DNA of 64,000 bases. Source: Gnetum montanum. Its lineage: Eukaryota > Plantae > Gnetophyta. A model generated the notes under the pieces. The model made no database searches. It was not told where the DNA came from and worked only from the letters and a program-made list of their open reading frames with translations. Shown here one piece after another: positions 14,401 to 25,415 of the stretch. The stretch covers positions 4,093-68,092 of the forward strand of contig MNCI01003028.1 of NCBI GenBank assembly GCA_015680685.1. The letters are read 5' to 3'. Every line of letters begins with the position of its first letter. The stretch's first letter is position 1. The position numbers were made by a program, and so were the translations under genes.

Positions 14401-14920
14401 CAACTGTAATGACGCTACTTTGACAAAGTATCATTTAGCATCAGCCTTGAGTTCAAAATTAACTAGAAAACCTAGAGATGACCGAAGATGAACTATGCCT
14501 CAATAGTCATAACACCTACATTTACAAAATAAGCATACATCACCTATTAGCCCATGAGGTAAGAGTGTATCAAGTACATTAGATGAAATCATATAAATGA
14601 TATGACCAACATAACACACACAAGCACATGCAACCACAAGAGAGACCATTCTCCTATAAGAGATCATACATATTCCAAACCTAAAGTATCTAGCTATAAG
14701 CCCAACTCTTGAAGAGAAGGATGGTGACACAAGAATCAAGGGTCAAGCTCCTCTGCAAGCCTACATATCCTTGTGACAAAGTATATAAATGAATCAAGGC
14801 CAATGTAGTTCTTTAATTATGGTTATGATAACATGGAACCATTGAGGATTTCCACACTCCTTCAAACCCTATTTCAAAGGGAAATAACCTTCAATCTACC
14901 AATAAGGCATGTTTTCCTAG
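11407..14920 (-). mobile_element. Decayed gag-only LTR retrotransposon (PBS tRNA-Met)
   Basis: Diverged direct repeats 11407-~11928 and 14405-~14920, both ending ATTACA on the minus strand. PBS TGATATCAAAGC (14391-14402, decayed TGGTATCAGAGC) lies next to the 14405 copy. Gag relic AIQFLGG../TWDQFNE..EKF at ~13440-13570. No pol motifs found between the repeats. Confidence 0.7.
12276..12541. repeat. Degenerate ~33-bp tandem repeat, ~8 units
   Basis: Units like atcttatgctttctactcaaagacatagtcaca; they give the 11-aa periodicity of ORF 12338..12544. Confidence 0.8.
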
Positions 14921-15679
14921 AGTGGGGAAGATAGTAAACCACCATTAATCCTACTATCCCTCTTACATTTTTTAGCATATATTGCATACTTTGAATTTAC
15001 CTTTCTTTTCCATGCATAAGTATAGATATTTTTCATTTTCCATAATATTTATACTTTACTTTAATATATCAAATGTTTTCTTAGTGTGAATTGATCTCAT
15101 AGAACATAGATGTACTTGGTATAGTCCAACAATATTTAGTATATTAGTGATGTTGACAGTGCATTAAGGTTGAGTGCTTAATGCAAATTTTTTTACATTC
15201 TTTTGTATAAGCATTTTTTAATACCTAGTTAGAGATAGTTTAGACTTTAATTTTAATTTCTTTTATAAAATGTTATAAAAATCATAACATATTTAAAATA
15301 ATAAATCCTTATGTAATCAACTTTATTCTCCTTTATGCTCCTTGATCGTGTGAAACACTATAATGAGAAAGGAGCATTAGGGAAATGACAACCCTTATTT
15401 GATAAATTCATTTGGATGAAATAATTCTATAAAATATGATTGAGTGTGCCTCATAATGTCTCTAGATTGCCTAAAACTACTATGCTATTTATCAATCATA
15501 AAAACATTTATTAAGATAATCTATCACCTTTTGAACAAATACAATGCCTATGTTAATAAAACATTTTATATTATCTAATACTATGAACTAGGTAACAATG
15601 AGGTGTTAACCTAAGAGTATGATTTTGGCCTTATAACCTCAGGTTACAAATTTGATTCTACTAGATAGTATTAAGTTAT

Positions 15680-18600
15680 TTTTGATGTGTAAATTTTGGA
15701 CATAGCAACACCAAGAAAAAAAAATCATTTGAGGAGACTATTGCCTAGGGCACCTCTCGTATGGGTATGGAAACCTAGGAATAGTCTCAGCTAGAGAGGG
15801 CTATGTGATGTTCAAAAAGTAAAGAAAACCAAAAAAAATTGAGATAATTTAAATTGGATAACTATCTTGAAATTCAAGACTTCATGAAAATATAGTAGGT
15901 AACTAGAAAATTTAAAATTTTCCCTATTTCCACTACTGTTGCTAGTGGTACCCACTACTGGGTAAGAATACCCTAACTACCATTGAAAAGGGAGGGAGAG
16001 AGAGATCTATTCCACTGCTATTGGCTAGATAGTTGATGCATTTACCGTTGCCATGCTATCTGCCACAATTTGCATGTGCCACCACCATCAAGAGGGAGAG
16101 AGAAGTTGTTCTTGTTGCAGGAGCGTTGTCACCCCTTGGCCTCTACTGGTGGGAGAGAAACCACTTGTTGCAATTGTTGATGTCTACCATGCAAGTGCCT
16201 AAAGTACATGTTGTCATTCACCAAGCATTGTCTATGTTGCCTACTAATTTTCATGAGTCATGTGCCTATTAACCATCATTGGAAGGAAGGAAAAATAGAA
16301 CCTCACGTAGCTCGCTACTTCTGATGCCTGCAATGTTGTTGGTGTCACAAGCTCTTGATGTGTGTTGTACAATTGCCTAATGTGCATGCCACTGTTGTTG
16401 AAGAAAGAAAGAAGAGAAAGCCCTACCGCAATTGTTGACTACTATCACATGCCTACATTGTCTACTGATGTGCCTACAGGAGTGAGGGGAGGCTAAGATA
16501 TATGCTCCACTATTGACTATGCTGCCTATCATCAATACATGCTACTGCTACTGTTGGAATTTGCAGTTTTATCCATCGCCATCTACTAGGGAAGGGAGGA
16601 GAAAGAGAGAGATGCCGCTATTGTTCGCTCTACATGCTATAGACACATCATTCGTAGCCTTTGTTTCCTAGTGCACACACTGTTCTATCTGCCACACATT
16701 CCATTAGAGAGAGGAGAGGCTAGACCCCAATGAGAGAGAGGTTGACCCCCAATGTGAGAGAGAGGCTAGCCCCCTCAATGTTCTCCTTTTATAGTAGCTT
16801 GTCTAGTAGTTTTAAATGCCCACATCCCACATCAGTTTCAATTACCACCAACCATCAGTTACTACAATCGTAACTTCCACGTCGATGGTTACTACAATCG
16901 TAACTTCCTAGTTGACAATTACTACAACTCATTCGGCATAACTACCACCACGTCCCACTTTGTCCACCACCTTCGGAACTCTCATCACTGTCACCATGTT
17001 CTCCACCATGTCCACCAAAGGTTACAATCATGCCCTAGATCCTACACCACCTAGGCCATTACATTCATGCCATCATGGTGTGGTGATGTAACTTCTGCCA
17101 CAAGCTCACCATTATGAATCAGGCCCTAAAAGTGCTTGTACAAATTAACTTTCTTTGTGCTTAGTGCCAGATGATTAGAGTTGTTGATCATGGTCTCGTG
17201 CCTAACATGGGCAATGTTGGCATCAACACTTAGCCCCTAAACTAGAAGCTGCATGCAAGTGCAAGGAATAGCACAACCATATAAATCTTAAAAGGAGACA
17301 TAGAAGACAAAGGACAAAGTTGGGACATAGGTAAGGATTGCCAAAATTAGAACTAGAAAAAGAAGGTTTAGGATTTCGGTAATGACAATGATAAGATTTA
17401 GAAAATAGGAAGCATCAATTTTTCAAAAAAGAAAAGGTAGAAAATAAAGGGTTTGAAGACAGGGGTTTTTAATAGGGAGTACAAGAAAATATAATTCAAG
17501 GAAACAATAGTTTTGAAATAGGAACAAAACAAGATCAAGAATAAGCTAAACGACAAGAAAATTTGATATTTCAGAAAATGGAAAAACAAAGGCTGGAAAA
17601 GTGGCCCTCCTTCTAGCTCTAAAAAGATGTTGATGTGTAAATTTTGAATGTACTAACATAAAAAAAAACTTGTTTGAGGAGACTATTGCCTAGGGCGCCT
17701 CCTATATGGGTACAGAAACCCAAGAATAGTCTTAGTTAGAGAGGGCTATATAACATTCAAAAAGTAAAGCAAACTAAAAATAATCGAGAGAATTTAAATT
17801 AGATAATTGTCTTGAAATTCAAGACTTCATGAAAATACAGTAGGTCACTAGAAATTTTAAACTTTTCCTTGGTCCCTGTTGATACCAATGGTGCCCACTA
17901 CTAGGCAAGAAGACCTTGACCATTGTTGGAGAGAGAGAGATCTATTCCACCATTGTTGGCTAGATAGTTGATGCATCTACCATTGCCATGTTGTTTGCCA
18001 CCGTTTGCATGTGCTACTTCTTCTGAGAGAAAGCGAGAGATCATTCCACTATAGGAACATTGCCACCCCTTGGCCTCTGCTAGTTGGAGAGAGATTGCTT
18101 ACTGCAGTTGTTGACGTCAACTATGCAAGAGCCTACTGTGCATGCCATCGTTCACCATGTGTTGTCTGCGTTGCCTACTGACTATTGTGAGTCATGCACT
18201 TGTTGACCACTATTAGGAGGGAGGAAAAACAATACCTCATGCACCCCACTACTTCTGACACGTACAACGTTGCTACCATCAAAAGCTCCTGATGCATGCT
18301 ACATAGTTGCCTAACATGCATGTCATTGTTGCTAAAGAGAGAAAGAAGAGAGAGCCTTGCTACAATTGCTAACTACTGTTGTGTGCCTACATTGTCTACT
18401 GATGCACTTGTAGAAGTGAGGAGAGGTTGAGAGATTTGCTTCATTGTTGACTATCTTGCCTACCATCGTTACATGCTATTACTGTTGTTTCAGTTCATGG
18501 TTCTAACCATTGCCATCTGTTGGGGAAGGAAGGAGAGAGAGAGAGATGTCACTATTGTCCACTTTTCATGCTACAAACATGTCTTTCACAACCTTTGTTT

Positions 18601-19270
18601 CCTAGCATGCATGTTGTTCTATCTGCCATGCACATCATCGAAGAGAGGAGAGGTTGGACCCCTATGAGAGAGAGGCTGGCTTTGAGAAAGAGGTTGGCCC
18701 CCAATGTGAGAGAGAAGCTAGCCCCTTCAATGTGAGAGAGAGGTTGGCCCCCTATGAGAGAGAGGGTGGCCCCCAATGTGAGAGAGAGGTTGGCTCCCTC
18801 AATGTGTGAGAGAGGCTAGCCCCAATGAGAGAGAGGGTGACCCCCTCAATGCTCTCCTTTTATAGCAACTCATCTAGTGGTTTTAAATGGCCACATCCCA
18901 TGTTTGTTTCAGTTACCTCCAATCATCAGTTACTACAATTGTAACTTCCATGTCAACGGTTACTACAACTCACCTGGTGTAAATGCCACCATGTCCCACT
19001 TTGCCCACCACTTTTGTAACTCCCGCCACTATCACCATGTTTTCTACCATGTCCACCATCGATTACAACCACATCCCATGTCCGACACCACTTAGGTTAG
19101 TACGTCCACACCATCATGGCATGGCAACATAACTGCCACCACAAGCTTGCCATTATAAATCGGGCGCCAAGACATACTTATACAAATTAACTTTCTTTGT
19201 GCTCAGTGCTAGGGGATTAGACTTGTTGATCATGGCCCCATGCCTAGCATGGACGATGTTGGCATCAATA
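15680..19270 (-). mobile_element. Complete non-autonomous LTR retroelement (two ~1.6-kb LTRs, 399-bp non-coding interior)
   Basis: LTRs 15680-17228 and 17628-19270 with TGTTGATG...CATCAACA termini (one change at each outer end). TSD gttat/attat. PBS 17605-17621 matches the plant tRNA-Asn 3' end CCCTCCTTCTAGCGCCA at 15/17. PPT-like TTTAGGGGCTAAG at 17229-17241; minus-strand TATA (CTATAAAAGG) in both LTRs. Confidence 0.9.
18640..18850. repeat. ~22-25-bp tandem repeat GAGAGAGGTTGGCCCCCAATGT inside the LTR (~9 units; ~3 units in the partner LTR at ~16705-16780)
   Basis: Directly visible. Confidence 0.9.
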
Positions 19271-19699
19271 ATTATAAACTTCTATAAATTTTGAGGTATA
19301 CCTATGTTTATCAACCCCAAATATTATAAACTAAACATAAATTCAAAATTCATGTTATTTTTGGAATGTACCATTAAATTTGAAGAATGCATCCTTTGAA
19401 TTATTAAGTTAATAGTTATGTTGGTGACGATAATTATGCTGGTAACGACGAAAGCAATTGTAATGCACCCTTTAAAATTCGTACATTCATGAAATATACG
19501 CTAGTGGAGGTCATCGTGTATTTGTGAGTGCTAATTAGGCAGTCGTCGAAGACTTACAACTGTAGCTTGCGCAAACATAACGCATGTGCATGTACATGTA
19601 CATTTCAGTTTGATGAGGAGACGAGGGAGAGATTTACTGTGCCACACCAGAGATATAAGCTTGAAGCTTAATTGATACTTAGTTTTACAACTCTGCCAT

Positions 19700-19952
19700 A
19701 GATCACCGATTCGATTAGTTCGGAATTAGAAATTTTTCCGACCTAAATTAAGTCGGCTCAAGCATTTGGTCTCGTACTTTATTTTTAGAAAGAAAATCAA
19801 TAAAGTCGGCGGCAACTTTATAATAAACTTTATTTTTAGAAAGAAAATCAATAAATTTAACTATCATTTTAGCCTGGGCGGACTTTCCTAATTCTTGAAA
19901 CATGCCGACCCAAACATGCCCCAACATATTTTTCCCGACTATTTAACCACTG
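19700..19952. mobile_element. Possible MITE/hAT-like relic with repeated CCGAC/GTCGG motifs
   Basis: Several CCGAC/GTCGG motifs, an internal 29-bp direct repeat (actttatttttagaaagaaaatcaataaa x2), and an end TTAACCACTG resembling a hAT-type TIR. Resembles 24530-24735 in opposite orientation. Confidence 0.4.
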
Positions 19953-20321
19953 ATTGATACACAGGAACAAACTAAGAGGTATTGTTGCAAAGTAAACCGT
20001 GACAAAATCTAAATCTCGGACAAGGCATTCATACTAACGCCTGGTACACAATTTTCATTATTATACAGATGGAACATGAAAAACTCAATGACCTACATGG
20101 TGCTTTTTATTCAAAACATGTACTTATTGAATCCACATACAGAGTTGACACTTCAGTGATTTAATGTACGTGCAAAATGAATCAAAAGAGAACCTGATAC
20201 TTCAACGATACCATAAACCTTATAAACCAAATATAACTAAACACACCAGTAGAAAAAGAAATTCATTTCCCGTTCAGGAGGCTATCACTGGTCTATTATT
20301 CTATACGGAACAGGAACAGCA

Positions 20322-22013
20322 TCAATTGTGGGAAGAAGATTGTTGGCGCTCATCATTTTGTGGCTTAGCGTGAGGTAGCAGAGTTTCTTTGACAGTTCCC
20401 GCAATCTTGGAGGCAATGGCGTCCCCGGCTGCGTACAACTTATGGGTATAACTCTCAGGCTCAGTCCCCTCATGAATATCATTAACTCCTGCTCCTGCTG
20501 ATTTAGCCTCGTCTTCCTGCATTAAGTTTTTTCCTGGATCAGTAACCATAATAATATCATCTTCTTGTGAATCCTTCACCTTTTCGCTGACTGGGTCGCG
20601 CAATTCCACCATTTTTGATACTTCTTTAACTTTAATATAAGCAGCAGCAGCAGGGTCAGAGTCCTGATCTACATGGTCATCCTCTTGGCTCTGGCTCTGG
20701 AACGGCTCCACCAGCTTTTCCACGATCTCGCTCACTTTTGCCTTGGCCTTCTCCAGTAGACCCGGGGCTTTAGTTTCCTCATCTCCGGGTTCTTCATCAT
20801 CTATCATGGATTCCTTCTCTTCCTGCAATTTGATATCAGGCGCAGAACTAGCCTTTCTTGATGATGATCTTGATGGATCATCAATTTCGTTCCTTGCAGA
20901 CTTTGAAAAATCCTCGCTGGATTTGTTTGCTAGATCCAGGGCTTGCAGATTAATCTTTGGGATAGCAAAATCCTTTTCTTGCTGAACTGTATTACCCGGA
21001 GCTTCCAAAACATTTTTGGCATCCTCCCACTGCAGATCTTCGTCCAAAGAATCTGACACTACAGGCGGGACCGCAGAACCATGAACATGAACAGGAGAAC
21101 CAGCAGTATGCTCACTATATTCTTGAGATTCAGCAGAATAATCTATATTTTCTTTGTTCCTGAACTTTTCTTCTGAATTCATCCCGTCAGCTGCGAAATC
21201 CACATTTGCTGTTGCATCTTCTCTCTGCTTTGCCGATCCCGAGTTCACTTCTGGTTTGCCCTCGGAAATTTCTGATTTTGCAAAACCTACGCCTGCAGGT
21301 CCAATTCCGATATCATGTTCTGCAGACTTGCCGATAATGTTTGAATCTCGATATTCCAAGGGCGAATGCAGATTTCTTTGCGTTTCGATGTATTTAAGAG
21401 TTGATTCATCATCCTGGATCATAGCTTTAACATCTTGGTTGAAGCAAGCCAAATCATCCTTGGATTTGCCAGCGTATTCTTCCAAGTCAGGCCGAGTCTC
21501 AGTACCGAGAGGGCTAAATACGTATCTGCGAAAAGAAACGGTATCTGTATCGGTGTGAGAGTTGAGTTCGACCCGATCATGAGTTGCAGGAGTAGACTCT
21601 GATATAGAGGGCGTAACATGAACCTTGCTGGCATCGTGACCACTGCCATCGTTGGATTCGGTGGCAACTTTCAATGCTGATTTTGAAGCAGGGGCAGGTT
21701 CGTCTAGAGTCGTGCCCGATAATTCACTGGACGGATAAGAAACGACATCAAAATCTCTAAGCTCTGCAGGCGATCCCAGTCCAGGAATTTGCACATCCTC
21801 CAAATCACTTGGCGTTTTCAATTTCCTCAGATTAGTTTGGGTAACATCATCACCCAAATCCTCTTTCAATTCTTTCTGATTTTCCCTCCCAGTTTGTATA
21901 ACATCGCCCAAATCGCCTTTGATGTCTGTTTCAGGCGTAATTTCTAACCTTGAATAACCCAAGTCATCCTCCTCCTGCTGCCGTTGATTTGTGACTTCCC
22001 CTGTACCACCATA
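20322..22013 (-). CDS. Exon 5 (terminal, 563 codons plus TGA) of the acidic stress-protein-like gene
   Basis: Long open frame (ORF track 20322..21962) preceded by the acceptor ttttctgtacag|TAT. Confidence 0.9.
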   Translation of the reverse strand, partial: YGGTGEVTNQRQQEEDDLGYSRLEITPETDIKGDLGDVIQTGRENQKELKEDLGDDVTQTNLRKLKTPSDLEDVQIPGLGSPAELRDFDVVSYPSSELSGTTLDEPAPASKSALKVATESNDGSGHDASKVHVTPSISESTPATHDRVELNSHTDTDTVSFRRYVFSPLGTETRPDLEEYAGKSKDDLACFNQDVKAMIQDDESTLKYIETQRNLHSPLEYRDSNIIGKSAEHDIGIGPAGVGFAKSEISEGKPEVNSGSAKQREDATANVDFAADGMNSEEKFRNKENIDYSAESQEYSEHTAGSPVHVHGSAVPPVVSDSLDEDLQWEDAKNVLEAPGNTVQQEKDFAIPKINLQALDLANKSSEDFSKSARNEIDDPSRSSSRKASSAPDIKLQEEKESMIDDEEPGDEETKAPGLLEKAKAKVSEIVEKLVEPFQSQSQEDDHVDQDSDPAAAAYIKVKEVSKMVELRDPVSEKVKDSQEDDIIMVTDPGKNLMQEDEAKSAGAGVNDIHEGTEPESYTHKLYAAGDAIASKIAGTVKETLLPHAKPQNDERQQSSSHN

Positions 22014-23827
22014 CTGTACAGAAAATTAAATACGAAATTATAGCCTCCACATAATATATACTCAAAAAGCTCCGAAATGTCTGCTCGAGTTTCAAATTTG
22101 GCTTACCTTCTTTTGGCTGCCAAAAAAGATGGGCTCTGTCTCGTTGGCTTCATCGCTTACTTTTAGATGTCCATCTTCATCTCTATTCCCGGCCGGTGAA
22201 TCGATTCCTGTGACCGTTTCATCATATTGGCCTTCAAAATCCACTCCATTTACCGGCTTCTCAGGGTTCAGCATGAGATTTGAGGAAACTGCTGCTTGGT
22301 GACTGTACCCATTATCCGTATCTTCAAGGAAGTGTGAATTTTGATCACGAACTCTCATGGTACTGGTATCAGAAACTGTTGAAGAAGAATAGGGCTCATC
22401 GCCCCTGGCCACCAATTTATATGTTGCCAAACTACTACTCGGGGAAGCATTGACATGACATTCAACCGATTCATCAGTCTGCGAATCTTTGAAAGGATGT
22501 ACCTTGGAAGGTACAGGGTTACTCTGATGCTGAGTACGGCCAGGATCTACACAATGGGCGACCGCACTGGCAGGTTCTATTCCCTGCAAAATACAAATCA
22601 GTGTTAACAAGTTAACATCTTTCATCTTTAGATTCGGTTTCCCAAAAGCTAAATCAAATAAGAGAACAAAATTGCCCAATTAACATTCTACTTGCGCTGC
22701 TGTGATCGAGGAGGCATGAACAATTTTCTCAAAATGCCCATCGTCATCGTGTATCTGTAGCACGACGTCAGTACGCTGAGATCCTTTGCTGGGTTCCTCT
22801 TGTTGTTTACGATGCCTGATATCCCCATCAATAGCGTTCTCAGGAGCAAAAACATGCCGCGTGCCGAAAGTATCTAATCCAGTCAGAACCCTCTGCACTT
22901 CTTGTACTTCATGAGTCTCTGCAACCAATTAAACAATAATCAGCTTACTTTAAAACATCTTAAAATAAAAATGCAAGGATCGCTCTTCAATCTTTGAAAT
23001 CATTGTTGCAGGTCTGGGCCGGACACATTTTCGAAATTCTGAGCATTGCTAGCATTCCTAGCAATAGTATTAACTTAATGAAAACCTGCAAATTTCTTAA
23101 CTTAAATTAAAATTGCATAATAATAATCTCAAGATAAAACTGAAAACGCTGCCAGTTGAAGATGATTATACAAACAACTCGATGCCAGGCTGAGTTTTGC
23201 TCTTCCTATTACAATAATTTTAAAGTTCAGGTCATAAGTTATAACAATTAAACTTCGAAGTTCCACAACAGATAGTCATACTGTATCTTTATCCAAAGAC
23301 GGAATTTAAACAAGAATATAATCATCATGAATTTGCCATGGATTGGATCATTGGAGTAGGGTACTAAACTACTAAATAATTATCTACCGACCGTGTGCTG
23401 GCAGTGGTGGCGGACTGGGTTCGTGGTCTGAATTCTTGAAAGGGCTTTCTTCAGATTNGACGGAAGAACAGGTCGAAAGGCAGACACAAAATCGTTGCAT
23501 TCTGTTTTTAGCTTTTGAAATTAACTGCATCCCCATGCAAATGCAATGGATAGCACAAGTGCAGCAACGAAGCACCGAGACCAACTGCAAAGCCGATTGG
23601 GTTTGAATTTTGACCGACGATGAGAGGAGCCAGCATTGGACACGTATATTCCACACGGCATTATCCCGCTTCTTCTGCATCAGCGTTACCATTTGCGGTT
23701 TAGCCACCTATTTGTCGACCACCATATATTTTGATGCCTNAGCTAAAACTCTGAAAAAAAAAATACCATGGATAAGATCTTTGGAAGTCTCTTCGTAGCT
23801 TTCACGAATGGGCTGAAGCTGAGCCAT
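20322..23827 (-). CDS. Spliced gene for a ~840-aa acidic, hydrophilic, probably disordered protein; weak LTI65/LTI78 (RD29)/CAP160-like stress protein
   Basis: Model join(23827..23767, 23457..23392, 22918..22692, 22583..22107, 22013..20322) = 2523 nt, in frame, no internal stops, intron phases 1,1,0,0, GT-AG (intron 1 acceptor is hidden by the N at 23458). Starts MAQLQPIRESYEETSKDLIH. C-terminal EEPGDEETKA, GLLEKAKAKVSEIVEKL and SYTHKLYAAGDAIASKI recall LTI65-family motifs. CpG is retained. Confidence 0.8.
22107..22583 (-). CDS. Exon 4
   Basis: ttttgcag|GGA ... AAG|GTAAGC; 159 codons, phase 0/0. Confidence 0.85.
22692..22918 (-). CDS. Exon 3
   Basis: ggttgcag|AG ... CAA|GTAGAA; phase 1/0. 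Confidence 0.75.
23392..23457 (-). CDS. Exon 2 (5' edge abuts an N)
   Basis: Encodes (E)SEESPFKNSDHEPSPPPLPAH; donor G|GTCGGT, phase 1/1. Confidence 0.6.
23767..23827 (-). CDS. Exon 1
   Basis: gtaATGGCT start context; CATG|GTATTT donor in phase 1, compatible with exon 2. Confidence 0.65.
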
Positions 23828-23919
23828 TACAGCACTTTATGTTTTTCCTTAAAGTTGAAGAACAGTAACAACATAAACGCAAAGCAAAAACATGAAAAGA
23901 GGGTGTAAGGGCGAGGCAT

Positions 23920-24015
23920 CAAAATATATGGTGGTCGACAAATACGTGGCTAAACCGCAAATGGCTAACGCTGATGCAGAAGAAGCGGGATAATGCCGTG
24001 TGGAATATACGTGTC
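23920..24015 (-). promoter_or_regulatory. Proximal promoter: TATA-like CATATATTT (~23921-23929) and two ABREs (TACGTGGC 23943-23950, TACGTGTC 24008-24015)
   Basis: Exact ABRE consensus (YACGTGKC) twice, ~120 and ~185 bp upstream of the predicted ATG. Confidence 0.65.
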
Positions 24016-24529
24016 CAATGCTGGCTCCTCTCATCCTCCGTCAAAATTCAAACCCAATCGGCTTTGCAGTTGGTCTCGGTGCTTCATTGCTGCACTTGTG
24101 CTATCCATTGCATTTGCATGGGGATGCAGTTAATTTCAAAAGCTAAAAACAGAATGCAACGATTTTGTGTCTGCCTTTCGACCTGTTCTTCCGTCAAAAT
24201 CTTTGTTTGCTCCGCTAAATCCTTTGCACAGGCGTAAGGGCGGCCGCTAAATTTCATAACAAAACACAGACATGTAAACGTTGATTAGATTCAATGCACT
24301 GTTGCAATTCAAAAGCCTCAAGTGGGATGAAAGCATTATTTGCGGAAAAGCTTTCGGCCTTCATCAATTCTCAATATGTTTTCTTTTTCTTGCATCCATG
24401 ATATTCACACTGGATCTGTTGCAGGGAGTGCGCGGAGCTGTTTTTGCGAATGACGATAACGATCGACGACCACGAATACGTTGGTGAGCGGTAATGCGCA
24501 AGTGGCAATCAATGTCACCAAATATACAG

Positions 24530-24735
24530 GATGGTTGAATGTTGTGAGAAGCGGAAAAAATTGAGTAAGTCGTCTCGCCGCTTATTTAAAAGTCGCCATA
24601 AATAGGTTAACCTTAATGATTGTTCATAAAAATAGGGTTTTTACTATAAGTCTGGCTGATTTAACTTTATTTATTAAAAATAAGGTTTTGCTAAAAGTCG
24701 GACTGATTTAACTCAGGTCAGCCAAAAACTGATAC
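24530..24735. mobile_element. Possible MITE-like relic related to 19700-19952
   Basis: Repeated AAGTCG motifs; ggactgatttaactcaggtcagccaaaa resembles the reverse complement of 19730-19760. Confidence 0.3.
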
Positions 24736-25415
24736 GAGGGATTAGGATGTGAATTCGACATCCAACCTTGCTTGCGATGAACTTTTACCATGACTTGGTG
24801 TGAAAATTTCCCCCAAAAATGTTAAATTCAGGTAAATCTTTCTAATATAATATAATTCATATTCAAAATGCTAGAATCTCTTTCAAAGTGAAATATTTTT
24901 TGGCTTAAATATTATAGCTGTATTTCATTGAACTTTGAGCAAAATTTTCCACCGAGGTTTGATTTAAATTATTTATTCAACATCATACTTGCTCTTAGAA
25001 TTAAATTAGAAGACATATTTCTACCATAACTATATACAAGCAATACATAGGAAGGTTAAAAAAATACTAGCTTTTAGTTGTATTAAAAGTTGATTAGCTT
25101 CTATAGCACTAATAGAAAGAGTTAGGGCATTATCTTCATTGTGTTCATTATGTAGGCATTGAATTTGCAACAACTACACACAATGAGCAAAGAAATACTT
25201 GGATTGACATACTGCTTTATATGCTCTATTAGATTTTGTGTAGCAACTCATTCCTCAAGAAAAGTAGGCATATTAATAGTAAATTTTCTCAACAAAGCCA
25301 ACAAGAGAATCTAAAGCAAATGCCCTAGATGCATAAAGGCTACAACTAATGGTTGCACCTCTCATGAAGAAAATACATTCAATGATTTTACTTTCTCCCT
25401 TTTTAATTTGATCAT

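Larger units (their letters stand above)
23459..24195. repeat. Near-identical inverted repeat: 23459-23739 versus 23914-24195
   Basis: Reverse complements with about 5 differences; the left arm is bounded exactly by single Ns at 23458 and 23740. Confidence 0.95.

Noticed and set aside
15585-15670. tRNA/SINE-like stretch at the insertion site of the mini element
   Set aside because: Too decayed; A and B boxes are not convincing.
20743-21558. Plus-strand ORFs overlapping the main exon
   Set aside because: Antisense shadows of the real minus-strand coding frame.
23384-23707. 107-aa ORF as first exon of the gene
   Set aside because: It reads through the N at 23458 into the inverted promoter copy; the ATG at 23827 gives a phase-consistent model.
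23974-24237. Plus-strand ORF duplicating part of ORF 23384..23707
   Set aside because: By-product of the inverted repeat over the promoter; no domain recognisable.
19700-24735. Gene captured in a composite or Pack-type transposon between the two MITE-like relics
   Set aside because: The TIR-like ends face the gene rather than outward, and no TSD was found.
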